64,000 nt of DNA from Alphaproteobacteria bacterium (GCA_963665325.3 CAXXWS020000003.1:928001-992000); one strand, 5' to 3'. Positions 37,841 to 51,574 are shown, counted from the first letter of the stretch. A program made the numbers and translations. Notes: generated by a model not told the origin, from the sequence alone.

Positions 37841-38980
37841 TTACTCCGTCAGGTCGTCCCAGAGTTCGCGGACGCGGGAGAAGAAGCCCTCGGTTTCGGG
37901 GGTGCGGTTCTGGCCGCCGCCTTCCTTCTCGAACTCGCGCAGCAGCTCCGCCTGGCGGCGCGAGAGGTTGACCGGGGTCTCGACCCTGACCGTCACCAGC
38001 ATGTCGCCGCGCTGGCGGGTATTCAGCACCGTCATGCCCTTGCCGCGCAGCCTGAAGCGATTGCCGGACTGGGTGCCGGGCGGCAGGTCGATGCGCGCGC
38101 GCCTGCCCTCGACGGTCGGCACCTCAGCCGTCCCGCCCAGCGCCGCCGCCGTCATCGACACAGGGACCTCGCAATGGATATGCGGCCCGTCCCGGTCGAA
38201 CATCGGATGATCCTCGACATCGAGGAAGATATAGAGGTCGCCCGGCGGGCCGCCGCGTTCGCCGGCATCCCCCTCGCCGGCAAGGCGGATACGGTTGCCC
38301 GCCTCGACGCCTGCCGGGATGGTGACCGTGAGCGTACGGCTCCGCTGCACCCGGCCCCGGCCGGAACAGGTCCGGCAGGGGTCGCGCACCGTCTCTCCCG
38401 ACCCCTGGCAGGCCGCGCATGCGCGCTCCACGGTGAAGAAGCCCTGGCTCGCCCTTATCCGGCCGGCGCCATTGCAGGTCGAACAGGTAACGGGCGGCGC
38501 ACCGCCGGCGGAACCGGTGCCGGAACAGGAGTCGCAGGACGCCGTGCCCGGCACCTCGATCGTCGCCTGCTTGCCCTTGAAGGCTTCCTCCAGCGAGATG
38601 CGCATGTTGTAGCGCATGTCGGCGCCCTGGCGCCGGCCGCCGCGTCCGCGACGCCGGCCGGCCAGATCGCCGAACATCTCGTCGAAAATGTCGCCGAAGC
38701 TGGAGCCGAAGCCGAAATCGAACCCGGGGCTGGCGCCGCCGCCCTGGGTGCGCTGCGTGAAGGCCTCATGGCCCAGCCGGTCGTAAACCTGGCGCTGCTC
38801 CGGGTCCTTCAGGATGTCGTAGGCTTCGTTGACTTCCTTGAAGCGTGCCTCGGCGGTGGCGTCTCCCGGATTGCGGTCCGGGTGGTACTCCTTTGCGAGC
38901 CTGCGATAGGAGCGCTTCAGGTCGTCCGCACTCGCCGTCCGGGGTGCGTCCAGAACCTCGTAGAAGTCGCGTCCGGCCAT
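37841..38980 (-). CDS. dnaJ: Chaperone DnaJ
   Basis: HPD J-domain and four CxxCxGxG repeats. Confidence 0.97.
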   Translation of the reverse strand: MAGRDFYEVLDAPRTASADDLKRSYRRLAKEYHPDRNPGDATAEARFKEVNEAYDILKDPEQRQVYDRLGHEAFTQRTQGGGASPGFDFGFGSSFGDIFDEMFGDLAGRRRGRGGRRQGADMRYNMRISLEEAFKGKQATIEVPGTASCDSCSGTGSAGGAPPVTCSTCNGAGRIRASQGFFTVERACAACQGSGETVRDPCRTCSGRGRVQRSRTLTVTIPAGVEAGNRIRLAGEGDAGERGGPPGDLYIFLDVEDHPMFDRDGPHIHCEVPVSMTAAALGGTAEVPTVEGRRARIDLPPGTQSGNRFRLRGKGMTVLNTRQRGDMLVTVRVETPVNLSRRQAELLREFEKEGGGQNRTPETEGFFSRVRELWDDLTE

Positions 38981-39001
38981 CGGAGCCGCTGCCGGGCCGG
39001 A

Positions 39002-40924
<1,923 letters not shown>

Positions 40925-41123
40925 TCGGTTCACCCCTACCCCGTGCGGCAAGCCCGGACCGCCCGCAAGCGCAGCGCCTGTCCCGGCTCCCTTTCATGAC
41001 ACTGAAAAAATCGGGCGCGCGCCCGACCTCCGTTGCGCGGGTATATATGAACGCGCTGTTGGCGCTACAAGACCCGGCGGCCCCTCGCGAGGTGCGGCAA
41101 AAGAAACCCATTCGGGCGGAAAG

Positions 41124-41948
41124 ATGACCGGCACCGTCGTTTCTGCAAGCTACCGCACGGACATCCCGGCCTTTTACGGCGACTGGTTCGCCCGCCGCCT
41201 CGCCGCCGGCTATGCACTGGTGCGCAACCCATGGTCCGGCGCGACCTACCGGGTGGACCTCACGCCGGAAGCCGTCGCCGGCTATGTCTTCTGGACCCGC
41301 AATCCCTCGCCCTTCATGCCTGTGTTGGCAGGGCTCGAGCGGCCTTTCGCCGTCCAGTTGACGATTACCGGCTACGGACGCCGGCTCGAACCTTCGGTGC
41401 CTCCGCCCGAACGCGCCGTCGAAGCCGCGCATGCCCTCGCCGCGCGCTTCGGCCCCCGATGCGTGGTCTGGCGTTACGACCCGATCCTGTCGCCGACGCA
41501 GGGCCATGTGGAGGCCGCCGGACGGCTGGCGGAATCGCTGCGGGACGCGACTGACGAATGCGTCATCTCCTTCGCTTCCTTCTACCGCAAGACGCGGCGC
41601 AACCTGGCGGCGGCCGGCTTCGCCTGGGAGGACCCGGAGCCGGATCGTCGCGTCCGGCTGGTCGAAGCGCTGGCGGATGCCGTTTCGCCCCTCCGCCTCA
41701 CCGTCTGCGCACAGCCGGAGCTGACCGCCGGCGCAGCCGAACCGGCGCGCTGCATCGATCCGGACCGCCTCGGCCTCGGCGCCCGTCCGGAGCGGGGCAA
41801 CCGGCCCGGCTGCGCTTGCGCCGCCAGCCGGGACATCGGCGCCTACGACACCTGCCCGCACGGCTGCCTCTACTGCTACGCCAACGCCTCTCCCAAAGCC
41901 GCCCGGCGCCGCTTCAAGGCGCACGACCCCGAAGCCGAGATGCTTTAG
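41124..41948 (+). CDS. DUF1848 protein (SPL/radical-SAM-like fold)
   Basis: SASYRTDIPAFY, VFWTRN, WRYDPI, DIGAYDTCPHGCLYCYA. Confidence 0.85.
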   Translation: MTGTVVSASYRTDIPAFYGDWFARRLAAGYALVRNPWSGATYRVDLTPEAVAGYVFWTRNPSPFMPVLAGLERPFAVQLTITGYGRRLEPSVPPPERAVEAAHALAARFGPRCVVWRYDPILSPTQGHVEAAGRLAESLRDATDECVISFASFYRKTRRNLAAAGFAWEDPEPDRRVRLVEALADAVSPLRLTVCAQPELTAGAAEPARCIDPDRLGLGARPERGNRPGCACAASRDIGAYDTCPHGCLYCYANASPKAARRRFKAHDPEAEML

Positions 41949-42571
41949 CCGACCGCTTCCAGCATGCCCCCGACGGCGGCCTCGAACATGGCCGGGGTCA
42001 GCCGCCCGGTATTGGTGTTGTAGCGCGAGCAATGGTAGCTGTCGGCGAGCAGGCGGCCGCAGCCGAGCCGGTGCAGCGTGCCGTGGCCGAACGGCCGGGC
42101 AGCGCGCCTCTCGCCGAGCGCGGCAAGCACGGCATCGTGGGCGACGCGCCCGAGCGCCAGCACCGCGCCGCTTTCCGGCAGGTTTTCAAGTTCGCCCGCA
42201 AGGAAGGGGCGGCAGGCTGCCACTTCCGCGCCGACGGGCTTATTTTGCGGCGGGACACAGCGGACCGCATTGACGATGCGGCAGCCGGTAAGCGTGAAGC
42301 CGTCTTCGGCATGGCCGCCATAGTTTCCCTGCGCCAGGCCAAACTTCAGCAGAGTCGCGAACAGGAGGTCGCCGGCATAGTCGCCGGTGAAGGGTCTACC
42401 GGTGCGATTGGCGCCGCGCAGACCGGGCGCAAGGCCGACGATCAGCACCTTCGCGCCGCACGGCCCGAAGGCCGGCACAGGGGCATTGAACCAGCCGGGC
42501 TCCGCTTCACGCCAATGATGGCGGAATGCCCGGAGGCGGGGACAGAAGGGACAGTCCGGATCAGGCTCCAT
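41945..42571 (-). CDS. Uracil-DNA glycosylase (family 5-like, Fe-S)
   Basis: CPFCPRL, GLAPGLRGANRTGRPFTGD, YHCSRYNTNT. Confidence 0.9.
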   Translation of the reverse strand: MEPDPDCPFCPRLRAFRHHWREAEPGWFNAPVPAFGPCGAKVLIVGLAPGLRGANRTGRPFTGDYAGDLLFATLLKFGLAQGNYGGHAEDGFTLTGCRIVNAVRCVPPQNKPVGAEVAACRPFLAGELENLPESGAVLALGRVAHDAVLAALGERRAARPFGHGTLHRLGCGRLLADSYHCSRYNTNTGRLTPAMFEAAVGGMLEAVG

Positions 42572-43184
42572 ACTGCTCTTCGACGCCGTCCTGAGCCTCC
42601 TCGAAGCGCAGGTTTTCCCGCTGCGCGCGGCGCGCCTGGGCGGCTTCCCGCTCGTCCTGGTCGCGCATAATCGACGGCGCCAGATCGAGCAGGTCCATGA
42701 AGAAATCCGCTTGCCGGCGCAGGTCGTCGGACACCATGGGCGGCTGGCTCTTCATCGTGCTGACGACGGTGACGCGCACACCGCGGCGCTGCAGCGCCTC
42801 CACGAGACGGCGGAAGTCGCCATCGCCCGAGAACAGCACGATATGCTCCAGATTGTCGGCCATCTCCATGGCATCGACAGCGAGCTCTATATCCATGTTT
42901 CCTTTGATTTTACGGCGGCCCATGGCGTCGGTGAACTCGCGTGCCGGCTTGGTGACCATGGTGAAGCCGTTATAGTCGAGCCAGTCCACCAGCGGGCGGA
43001 TCGGCGAATACTCCTGATCCTCGATCAACGCCGTGTAATAGAAGGCGCGGATAAGCCGCCCGCGCTTCGAGAAATAGTCGAGCATCCGCTTGTAGTCGAT
43101 ATTGATGTTCAGGCCGCGCGCGGCGGCATAAAGATTGGCACCGTCGATGAACAGCGCAGTACGTTCTTCCATATATGTGCGCAT
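42561..43184 (-). CDS. NYN/LabA (DUF88) protein
   Basis: FIDGANL, KGNMDIELAVD, SGDGDF. Confidence 0.9.
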   Translation of the reverse strand: MRTYMEERTALFIDGANLYAAARGLNINIDYKRMLDYFSKRGRLIRAFYYTALIEDQEYSPIRPLVDWLDYNGFTMVTKPAREFTDAMGRRKIKGNMDIELAVDAMEMADNLEHIVLFSGDGDFRRLVEALQRRGVRVTVVSTMKSQPPMVSDDLRRQADFFMDLLDLAPSIMRDQDEREAAQARRAQRENLRFEEAQDGVEEQYGA

Positions 43185-43274
43185 GGTGTGGGAAACTCCG
43201 AAAATCGCGGCAATCCGCTAAACTGATATGGCAACCTAGGCGAGAGGTCGCCGGGCGACAAGGGGCCGCCGGGG

Positions 43275-43769
43275 ATGATTCTGATCGGATTGGGGGCGAA
43301 CCTGCCGTCGCCGGAGCACGGGCCGCCGCAGGCGACGCTCGAGGCGGCGCTGGACGCGCTGGGAGCGCAGGGCGCAAATGTGCTCAGGCGCTCGCCCTGG
43401 TACGAGAGCGCGCCGGTGCCGCCGAGCGGGCAGCCCTGGTATGTCAACGCCGTGGCGCAGGTGGAGAGCGCCCTCTCCCCGCAGGCGCTGCTGGCGGCGC
43501 TGCTCGATGTCGAGGCGGGTTTGGGCCGGGTCCGCAGCATCCGCAATGCCTCCCGGACGGTCGATCTCGACCTCCTCGACTATCGCGGCCTGGTCACCGG
43601 ACCCGGCGAGAAGCCCGAACTGCCGCATCCCCGTCTCCATGAGCGCGCCTTCGTGCTGCTGCCGCTCCGCGACCTGGCGCCCAGCTGGCGCCATCCCACC
43701 TCCGGCCGGACGGTGGGTGCGCTAATCGAGGCGCTCGGCCGGCCAGGCCCGGTCCGGTGGCTGCCATAG
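43275..43769 (+). CDS. folK: 2-amino-4-hydroxy-6-hydroxymethyldihydropteridine pyrophosphokinase
   Basis: IGLGANL, RTVDLDLL, PHPRLHERAFVL. Confidence 0.95.
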   Translation: MILIGLGANLPSPEHGPPQATLEAALDALGAQGANVLRRSPWYESAPVPPSGQPWYVNAVAQVESALSPQALLAALLDVEAGLGRVRSIRNASRTVDLDLLDYRGLVTGPGEKPELPHPRLHERAFVLLPLRDLAPSWRHPTSGRTVGALIEALGRPGPVRWLP

Positions 43770-43950
43770 GATTCGTTTGCAATACTGCCGACAAGGCATT
43801 GCCGCACACGCCGCACTGGGTTAAACTGCGCACTTCTTGAGCCCTCGTCCGCCGCCCGGCGGGATTTTCGGCCCCTTCCCCTTGCGTTCGAATTTTCCGC
43901 TTTTGCGGGCGAGTTGGCTTTCAACAGCAACCGATGGACGGTCCGAGGTC

Positions 43951-45252
<1,302 letters not shown>

Positions 45253-45271
45253 CGCCGGGAGGCGCGCTGCC

Positions 45272-45610
45272 ATGTCCGACGCCGCTTCGCCGGTGGCGGG
45301 CGGAGACACCACCCGGCCCGTCCTGCTGCAAATGGCGGAACGCTATATCTGGTGGAAGACGCCGGAGGACGCCGCCCGCTATCCCGACCGGGTGCTGGCG
45401 CAGGTCATGGATATCGGCACTTTCGAGGACTGCCGGGACATGAGGGCGGCGTTCGGCGACGAGCGCCTCTGCGCGGTCATGCGCCGCGCAGAGCCCGGCT
45501 GGTTCCGCGCCCGGAGCTGGGCCTTCTGGCAGACGGCGCTCGGCATCGACGCCGGCCCCCGCCCCGTTCGCCGCAAGCTGCCGCCCGCCCCTTGGGAGCG
45601 CGGCGCATGA
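45272..45610 (+). CDS. Putative type IV antitoxin partner of an AbiEii-like NTase
   Basis: RYIWWK...VLAQVMDIGT...SWAFW; ATGA overlap with the NTase gene. Confidence 0.6.
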   Translation: MSDAASPVAGGDTTRPVLLQMAERYIWWKTPEDAARYPDRVLAQVMDIGTFEDCRDMRAAFGDERLCAVMRRAEPGWFRARSWAFWQTALGIDAGPRPVRRKLPPAPWERGA

Positions 45611-46254
45611 CCGGCTTCATGCCGCGCACGGACATTCTGCCCTCGGCGCAGGCCGCGCTCTGGCCTGCGCTTGCGCCGGTTGCAAGCCTCGGCTTCACGC
45701 TTTACGGCGGAACGGCCATCGCGCTCAGGCTCGGGCACCGGGTATCGGAGGATTTCGACCTCTTCAGCGCCACGCCGCTCGACAGCGATGCGCTGCGCCA
45801 GGCCTGCCCCTTCATCGCCGGCAGGCCGGCGCTGCGCGAGGATGACGACAGCTTCATCGTCAGGACGGCGGGAGGCGTGTTGCTGTCCTTCTTCGGCGGC
45901 ATCGACAACGGAAGGGTCCGATTGCCCGACACGGCGCCGGAGAACGACCTGCCGATCGCCTCCGCTCTGGACCTGCTGGCGACGAAGCTCAAGACCATCC
46001 TGCAGCGGGCGGCCGCCAGGGTCTATGCGGACATCGCGGAGCTGCTCCGGTCGGGCCTCGGGCTCGAACGAGGCCTCGGCGCGGCCCGAGCGCTATACGG
46101 GCCCGGCTACCCGCCGATGGAATCGGTGCGCGCGCTCTGCTGGTTCGGGGACGGCGACCTCGACACGCTCGTCGAAGAGGACCGCAGATTGCTTGCAGAC
46201 GCGGCCGCCGTGGCCGCAGGCCGCGCCATCCCCGCCGTGCCGCTGCTTCGGTAG
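45607..46254 (+). CDS. AbiEii/AbiGii (DUF1814)-like nucleotidyltransferase
   Basis: LYGGTAIALRLGHRVSEDFDLF, LATKL. Confidence 0.85.
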   Translation: MTGFMPRTDILPSAQAALWPALAPVASLGFTLYGGTAIALRLGHRVSEDFDLFSATPLDSDALRQACPFIAGRPALREDDDSFIVRTAGGVLLSFFGGIDNGRVRLPDTAPENDLPIASALDLLATKLKTILQRAAARVYADIAELLRSGLGLERGLGAARALYGPGYPPMESVRALCWFGDGDLDTLVEEDRRLLADAAAVAAGRAIPAVPLLR

Positions 46255-46407
46255 TGTCCGGGCGCGGGGTATGGCGCTGCGCCGGGGACGGCGGCTTGCC
46301 TCGCCCCCCGGCTTTCCTTTCCCCCGTGCGGGTGCAAAACTGCGAACAGCTGGGCAGTGCGCCTGTTTCTGCGTCTCCGCCTCGGCAAGCCTCGAAGGGA
46401 ACGGGAT

Positions 46408-48126
46408 ATGGCATTCGATCTGGTTATCGCCGACGGCACGGTGGTGGACGGCTCGGGCATGGCGCGCTACCGCGCCGATGTCGGCGTCAAGGACGGCCGC
46501 ATCGCGGAGATCGGCAGGATACGGGCACCGGCGGAGCGGAAGATCGACGCCGAGGGCCGGATCGTCTCTCCCGGCTTCATCGACGGGCACACCCACATGG
46601 ACGCGCAGGTGGCCTGGGATTCGCTCGGCAGCTGCTCCTGCTGGCACGGCGTCACCAGCGTCGTCATGGGGAATTGCGGCTTCGCGCTCGCCCCCTGCAA
46701 GCCCGAGGAGCGGGAGTGGTACGCCGAGTGCCTGGAAGCGGTCGAGGACATTCCCAAGGACGCCATGATGGCCGGCATCGACTGGACCTGGGAGACCTTC
46801 CCGGAATATCTGGCGACGGTGGACGCACTGCCGAAAGCCATCAACTACGCCTCCTATATCGGCCATTCGGCGCTGCGCATGTATGCGATGGGCGAACGCG
46901 CGCTCGACGAGCTCGCGACCGACGACGACCTTGAGGCCATGGCCGGGATCGTCGAGGAGGCGATGCGGGCCGGCGCGGTCGGGCTCTCGACCTCGCGGTC
47001 GGTCACCCACACCCGCCCCGGTGGCGGGCCAGTGGCGAGCCGGGTTGCGGACTGGCGCGAGCTCGCGCACCTCGCGGCCGTCATGGGGCGGCTGAATACG
47101 GGCATCCTCCAGCTCGGCCCCGATGTCGCCAGCGGCGCTGCCCAACGGGCCTTCCTCGAGGAGTTGGGCCGGGTTTCGATGGACACGGGCCGGCCCGTCA
47201 TGTTCGGCGCCGTCGCGTTGAAGCAGGGCGACCGGCCCAACCACTGGCAATACCAGATGGACTGGATGGACCGGGTCTCGGAGGGCGGCGGCCGAGCCTA
47301 CGGCCAGGGGACGACGCGCTCGATCAACGCCATCTTCACGCTCAAGGCCTATCTGCCCTTCGACGGACTGCCGAGCTGGAAGACCCTTCGCCAGCGCTCC
47401 ATCGAGGAGCAGAAGGCCGGCTTCCGCGACCCCGAGCTGCGCGCCCGGCTGGTCTCTGAAGAAGCCTCCATGAAGCCCAGGGGCACCGAGCTCCAGGGCG
47501 GCGGCGCGGCCACCACCGATCCGCGCAAGCCGGACTACGCCAACCTCTTTCCGATGTTCGACGTCAACTGGGACGAACCGAGCATCGAGGAGATCGCGCG
47601 CGAGCGGTCCTGCAACCCGGTCGAGGCGATGATGGACCTCATGCTGGAGAACGAGGACCTGGTCTTCGTGCAGCCGCTGTTGAACAACGAGCCCGACGAC
47701 GTGCTGGGCCTGCTCCGCCATCCCCGCACCTTGGCGACCTTCTCCGATTCCGGCGCCCATGTCGCCCAGGAAATGGGCTCCTCGCTGCAGACCCATATGC
47801 TGAGCTACTGGGTCCGTAACAGGCAGGCCTTCACCCTGGAAGAGGCGGTCCGCAAGCTCACTTTCGAGAATGCGTCCGCCTGGAACATCGCCGACCGCGG
47901 CCTGTTGCGGACCGGCATGGCAGCCGACATCGTGGTGTTCGACGAGGCGGCGGTCAAACCGCGCCTGCCGACGGTGGAATACGACCTGCCCGGCGGCGCC
48001 CGCAGGCTGGTGCAGAAGGCCGAGGGCATCGACGCCACCATCGTCAATGGCGCGGTCACGCTGGAGAACGGCGAGAGCACCGGCGCCATCCCGGGCGCCC
48101 TCATCCGGGGGCGGCTGGCGGCTTAG
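46408..48126 (+). CDS. N-acyl-D-amino-acid deacylase family amidohydrolase
   Basis: PGFIDGHTHMD, HGVTSVVMGNCG, SDSGAH. Confidence 0.88.
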   Translation: MAFDLVIADGTVVDGSGMARYRADVGVKDGRIAEIGRIRAPAERKIDAEGRIVSPGFIDGHTHMDAQVAWDSLGSCSCWHGVTSVVMGNCGFALAPCKPEEREWYAECLEAVEDIPKDAMMAGIDWTWETFPEYLATVDALPKAINYASYIGHSALRMYAMGERALDELATDDDLEAMAGIVEEAMRAGAVGLSTSRSVTHTRPGGGPVASRVADWRELAHLAAVMGRLNTGILQLGPDVASGAAQRAFLEELGRVSMDTGRPVMFGAVALKQGDRPNHWQYQMDWMDRVSEGGGRAYGQGTTRSINAIFTLKAYLPFDGLPSWKTLRQRSIEEQKAGFRDPELRARLVSEEASMKPRGTELQGGGAATTDPRKPDYANLFPMFDVNWDEPSIEEIARERSCNPVEAMMDLMLENEDLVFVQPLLNNEPDDVLGLLRHPRTLATFSDSGAHVAQEMGSSLQTHMLSYWVRNRQAFTLEEAVRKLTFENASAWNIADRGLLRTGMAADIVVFDEAAVKPRLPTVEYDLPGGARRLVQKAEGIDATIVNGAVTLENGESTGAIPGALIRGRLAA

Positions 48127-48391
48127 CCCGCATTTCTCACCAAGGTCACGGCCTGCGTCGCTGTCCAGGCGTTCGCTCCGCAAGGAGCGGGCCGAAAAGC
48201 GTAGCACAGCCTACGGTTGAGGCCCGCGACGCCGCGGGCGGACGCCTGGGCGCGACCCGAAGGGCGGCGCTGTCGGGTCGGCAGGGTGCGTCGATCCGCT
48301 TGCCCGATGCCCCGCATCGCGCTGCGCGTCTCTCCTACCCTGCCGACCCGACAGCGCCGCGCAGACCATGACCCTGGTGAGAAATGCGGGC
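48126..48391. mobile_element. MITE copy 1
   Basis: TIRs GCCCGCATTTCTCACCA.GGTCA.GG / CC.TGACC.TGGTGAGAAATGCGGGC flanked by TA; second copy at 53849. Confidence 0.85.
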
Positions 48392-48633
48392 TAGGAGCGC
48401 GACTCGCTCCTGCCGGACCGGCTGCCTTTCGCCGGGCTGCCGCCGGCCGCGGCCCCCTCGTCGCCCCGGACTTCGATCCGGGGCCCATCCCCGGCCGGTT
48501 CGGCCTATGCCGACGCGTCATGCCAGTTTCCGAAATTGGCATTTTCGCTCGCGGCCTTCCGCCAGTAATCGCTCCGGAGCGTGGCGTTCGCAAGTCTTCC
48601 CGATCATCCGGAACGCCACCGATGGGGAAGGCC

Positions 48634-49323
48634 ATGACAATCCGGTTCCGCCTGCTGGACGCCATGGACGAAATCCCGGCTGGGCTCTGGCAGGACATCA
48701 TGCGCGAACTCGAGGCAGCCGGGCGGCGGGTCGCACAACTTATCCCGCTGGACCGCCTCGATATCGTCGCAGCGCCCGAAGCATGGGTACTTCGGGAGTG
48801 GGGGCTCTGCGGCTACGCGAACAGTCCCGGCCGAATCACGATTACCTTCGAACCCGGTTCGCCACGCTTGTACGATCCTGAGCGCTCCGAGAGGATTCTC
48901 GGCACGCTCGCCCATGAGCTGCACCATGTGGCGCGGCTTCGAACCGGCGTCGAGACCTACACTCTGGGCGGGCGTTTCGTCAGCGAGGGTCTTGCCCAGT
49001 GCTTCGAGGAAGAAGCCGGCGCGCCGACGCCCTTCTACGCCGTGTCTCTCGACCGCGAGACCATGAAGAAAATGGCGGAGCGCGCCCGCCCGCTATTGTC
49101 AGCGCCGGATTACCCGGATTACGACCACGACGCCTGGATGTTCGGCAGAAGGGGCGATCCCGACTGGCCTCGCAGCGCGGGATATTCCCTCGGCTATGCG
49201 CTGGTGAAGGCGTGGCTCCAGAGGAAAAGGATGTCGGCGGCCGACGCGGCGGGCGTTCCGGCCGACGACATCACCGACGACTGGCTCGCCGGCAGAATCT
49301 CCCTGCGGCTCCCGCCGGGGTGA
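48634..49323 (+). CDS. DUF2268 predicted Zn-dependent protease
   Basis: LAHELHHVAR, VSEGLA, AGYSLGYALV. Confidence 0.8.
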   Translation: MTIRFRLLDAMDEIPAGLWQDIMRELEAAGRRVAQLIPLDRLDIVAAPEAWVLREWGLCGYANSPGRITITFEPGSPRLYDPERSERILGTLAHELHHVARLRTGVETYTLGGRFVSEGLAQCFEEEAGAPTPFYAVSLDRETMKKMAERARPLLSAPDYPDYDHDAWMFGRRGDPDWPRSAGYSLGYALVKAWLQRKRMSAADAAGVPADDITDDWLAGRISLRLPPG

Positions 49324-49345
49324 CCGCCGTTTCGAAAGCCCTGAC

Positions 49346-50056
49346 CTACCAGGTTTCGCCGAAGGGGCGGAGTTCCACACGGAAGGACCAGGCCGAGCGG
49401 TCCTGATGCGCGACGCGGTACAGCTCCTCCGCTATCGCCGGGGGTTTTGCGAAGAAGTCGTCCGGCTTTCCGGGGGCCAGCTCCTCGCGGGTGCGCGGCG
49501 TGTCGATGGCGGCATCGATGATGAAATAGGCGACGTGGATGCCTTGAGGCCCAAACTCGCGCGCGATGGACTCCGCCAGGATGCGCTGCGCCGTCTTGGT
49601 CGAGGCGAAAAAGCCGAAATTCCTGCCCCCGCGGGTGGCCGAGGTGTTGCCGGTCACCATGATCGCGCCCTCGCCAGCCTCCAGCATAGCCGGGATCGTC
49701 TCGCGGGCGAGATAGAGCAGCGCCGTCGTGTTGACGCGGAAGTTCCTTTCCAGGTCGTCCGGGTCCAGCTCCAGGATGCCGCCCCGGGTGGAGCGGAGCG
49801 CGTTGTGGACCACGACCCGGGGCGCGCCCATCTCCGCCTTCACGCGGGCGACGGTCCCGACCAGCGCGTCGAGGTCGGCCACGTCGCAGCTATAGGCGTG
49901 CGTGTCCTCATACTTGTCGGCGAGCGCAGCCAGATTGTCCGCATTGCGGGCCAGCATGGCGACCCGGTAGCCGCCTTCGCTGAAGCGTTTGGCGGTCTCG
50001 GCGCCGGTGCCGCCTTCGGGCCCGACGCCGGTGACGAGGCAGACAGGCTTGCTCAT
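49346..50056 (-). CDS. Short-chain dehydrogenase/reductase
   Basis: LVTGVGPEGGTG, HNA, FASTKTAQR, ELRPFGETW. Confidence 0.85.
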   Translation of the reverse strand: MSKPVCLVTGVGPEGGTGAETAKRFSEGGYRVAMLARNADNLAALADKYEDTHAYSCDVADLDALVGTVARVKAEMGAPRVVVHNALRSTRGGILELDPDDLERNFRVNTTALLYLARETIPAMLEAGEGAIMVTGNTSATRGGRNFGFFASTKTAQRILAESIAREFGPQGIHVAYFIIDAAIDTPRTREELAPGKPDDFFAKPPAIAEELYRVAHQDRSAWSFRVELRPFGETW

Positions 50057-50066
50057 GCCCGACGGC

Positions 50067-50699
50067 CTAGAGCTGGAAGGCCGGGCGCGCCGACACCTTC
50101 TGGAACCAGGCGTGGGTGGCGGGCCAGGACGCGCCGATATCCATTTCCAGCGCATAGGCCATGCGGAGCGTGAAGAACGCGGTGATGTCGGCCACGCTGA
50201 AGCCCGGCCCGGCGACGAATTCGTTCTGCGCCATATGCGGCTCAGCGCGGTCGAAGAGCACTCCGGCCATCTCCTTGCCGCGGCTGACCATGGCCTCAGA
50301 CTGCGGCAGGTCCGAGCGTGTGCCCGGCACGACCCTGCCGGCGAAGTTCGGCAGATGGTTGCGCAGCGCGTGCAGGAGCGGGATGAAGGCGTCCAGCTCG
50401 AAGCGGCGCATCCACATGTCGATGACGGCGCGCTCGGCCGGCGTGCGTCCGAACAGCGGCGGCTCCGGGTGCAGCTCTTCCAGATAGCTGCAGATCGACA
50501 TCGATTCCGCGATCACCGTGCCGTCATCGAGCGTCATGAACGGCACGCAGTGGAAGGGGTTCATGGACATGAACGGCTCGGCGAACAGCGCGCCCTCGCG
50601 CACGTTCACCTGTTCGGTCGGGACCTCCAGCCCCTTCTCGGCCAGATAGACGCGGACGCGCTGGGAACTGGGCGCCAGCTCAAAATCGTAGAACTTCAT
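50067..50699 (-). CDS. Glutathione S-transferase
   Basis: RVRVYLAEKG, NPFHCVP, AESMSI, FSVADIT. Confidence 0.88.
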   Translation of the reverse strand: MKFYDFELAPSSQRVRVYLAEKGLEVPTEQVNVREGALFAEPFMSMNPFHCVPFMTLDDGTVIAESMSICSYLEELHPEPPLFGRTPAERAVIDMWMRRFELDAFIPLLHALRNHLPNFAGRVVPGTRSDLPQSEAMVSRGKEMAGVLFDRAEPHMAQNEFVAGPGFSVADITAFFTLRMAYALEMDIGASWPATHAWFQKVSARPAFQL

Positions 50700-50761
50700 C
50701 TTCGTTTCCTCTCGCGCCGGCAGGGTCCGGCGCGTTCTTCGTTGTGTTTCGTCGGGTTATC

Positions 50762-51574
50762 TCAGTCGAACATGTCGGGCTGGGTGCGCACCAGATGGTC
50801 GTAGTCCGTCTGGAAGCAGAGCCATGCGGTGTAGTCGCTGCCGACATGCTCGCGGCTGTAGCGGGCCTTGTCGGCCGGAATCTCGATCGGCTCGCGGCCC
50901 GAGGCCTCGATCATGAGCTGCTGCTGACAGCAGCGCTCCAGCGCCATGAACATGAAGGCGGCGGCGTCGATGCTGTGGCGGCTTACGGTGAAGAGGCCGT
51001 GGTTCTGGTGGATCGCGGCGCGCACGCCCTTGAAGGCCGGCGCGATGCTGGCGCCCGCGCCGCGCTCGACCGCTACCTGGCCCGACTCCTCCCGGATCAC
51101 CGCATGGTCCTCGAAGAACTGGCAGGCATCCTGGGTGATCGGCGCGAGCGGACGGCCCTGCGCGGAATAGGCCGAGCCGTAGAGCGTGTGGGCATGGCAC
51201 ATCGCAAGGATGTCCGGATGCTCGGCATGGACGGCCGCGTGCAGCACGAAGCCCGCCCGGTTGACCGCATAGTCCCCCTCGACGACCCGGCCGTCATGGT
51301 CCACCAGGATGAGGTTGGACAGCTTCACCTCGGCGAAATGCACCGCCATCGGGTTGGTCCAGTAAAGCTCCGGATGCTCCGGATCGCGGATCGTCAGATG
51401 GCCGGCGAAGCCGTAATCCAGCCCCCAGCGCGCAAAGGCCCGGCAGGCGCCGACCAGATGGCGCTTGCGGTGCTCGCGCAGCTCCACCGGGTCGTTGGTG
51501 TTCAGCTCCTGGGGGAATTTCAGGCCCGCCTGCTCGGGCTGGTAAACGGATATGCGGTCTCCAAGGTCGAGCAT
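50762..51574 (-). CDS. Class II aldolase/adducin family protein
   Basis: AGHLTIRDP, HAAVH, CHAHT, QNHGL. Confidence 0.88.
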   Translation of the reverse strand: MLDLGDRISVYQPEQAGLKFPQELNTNDPVELREHRKRHLVGACRAFARWGLDYGFAGHLTIRDPEHPELYWTNPMAVHFAEVKLSNLILVDHDGRVVEGDYAVNRAGFVLHAAVHAEHPDILAMCHAHTLYGSAYSAQGRPLAPITQDACQFFEDHAVIREESGQVAVERGAGASIAPAFKGVRAAIHQNHGLFTVSRHSIDAAAFMFMALERCCQQQLMIEASGREPIEIPADKARYSREHVGSDYTAWLCFQTDYDHLVRTQPDMFD

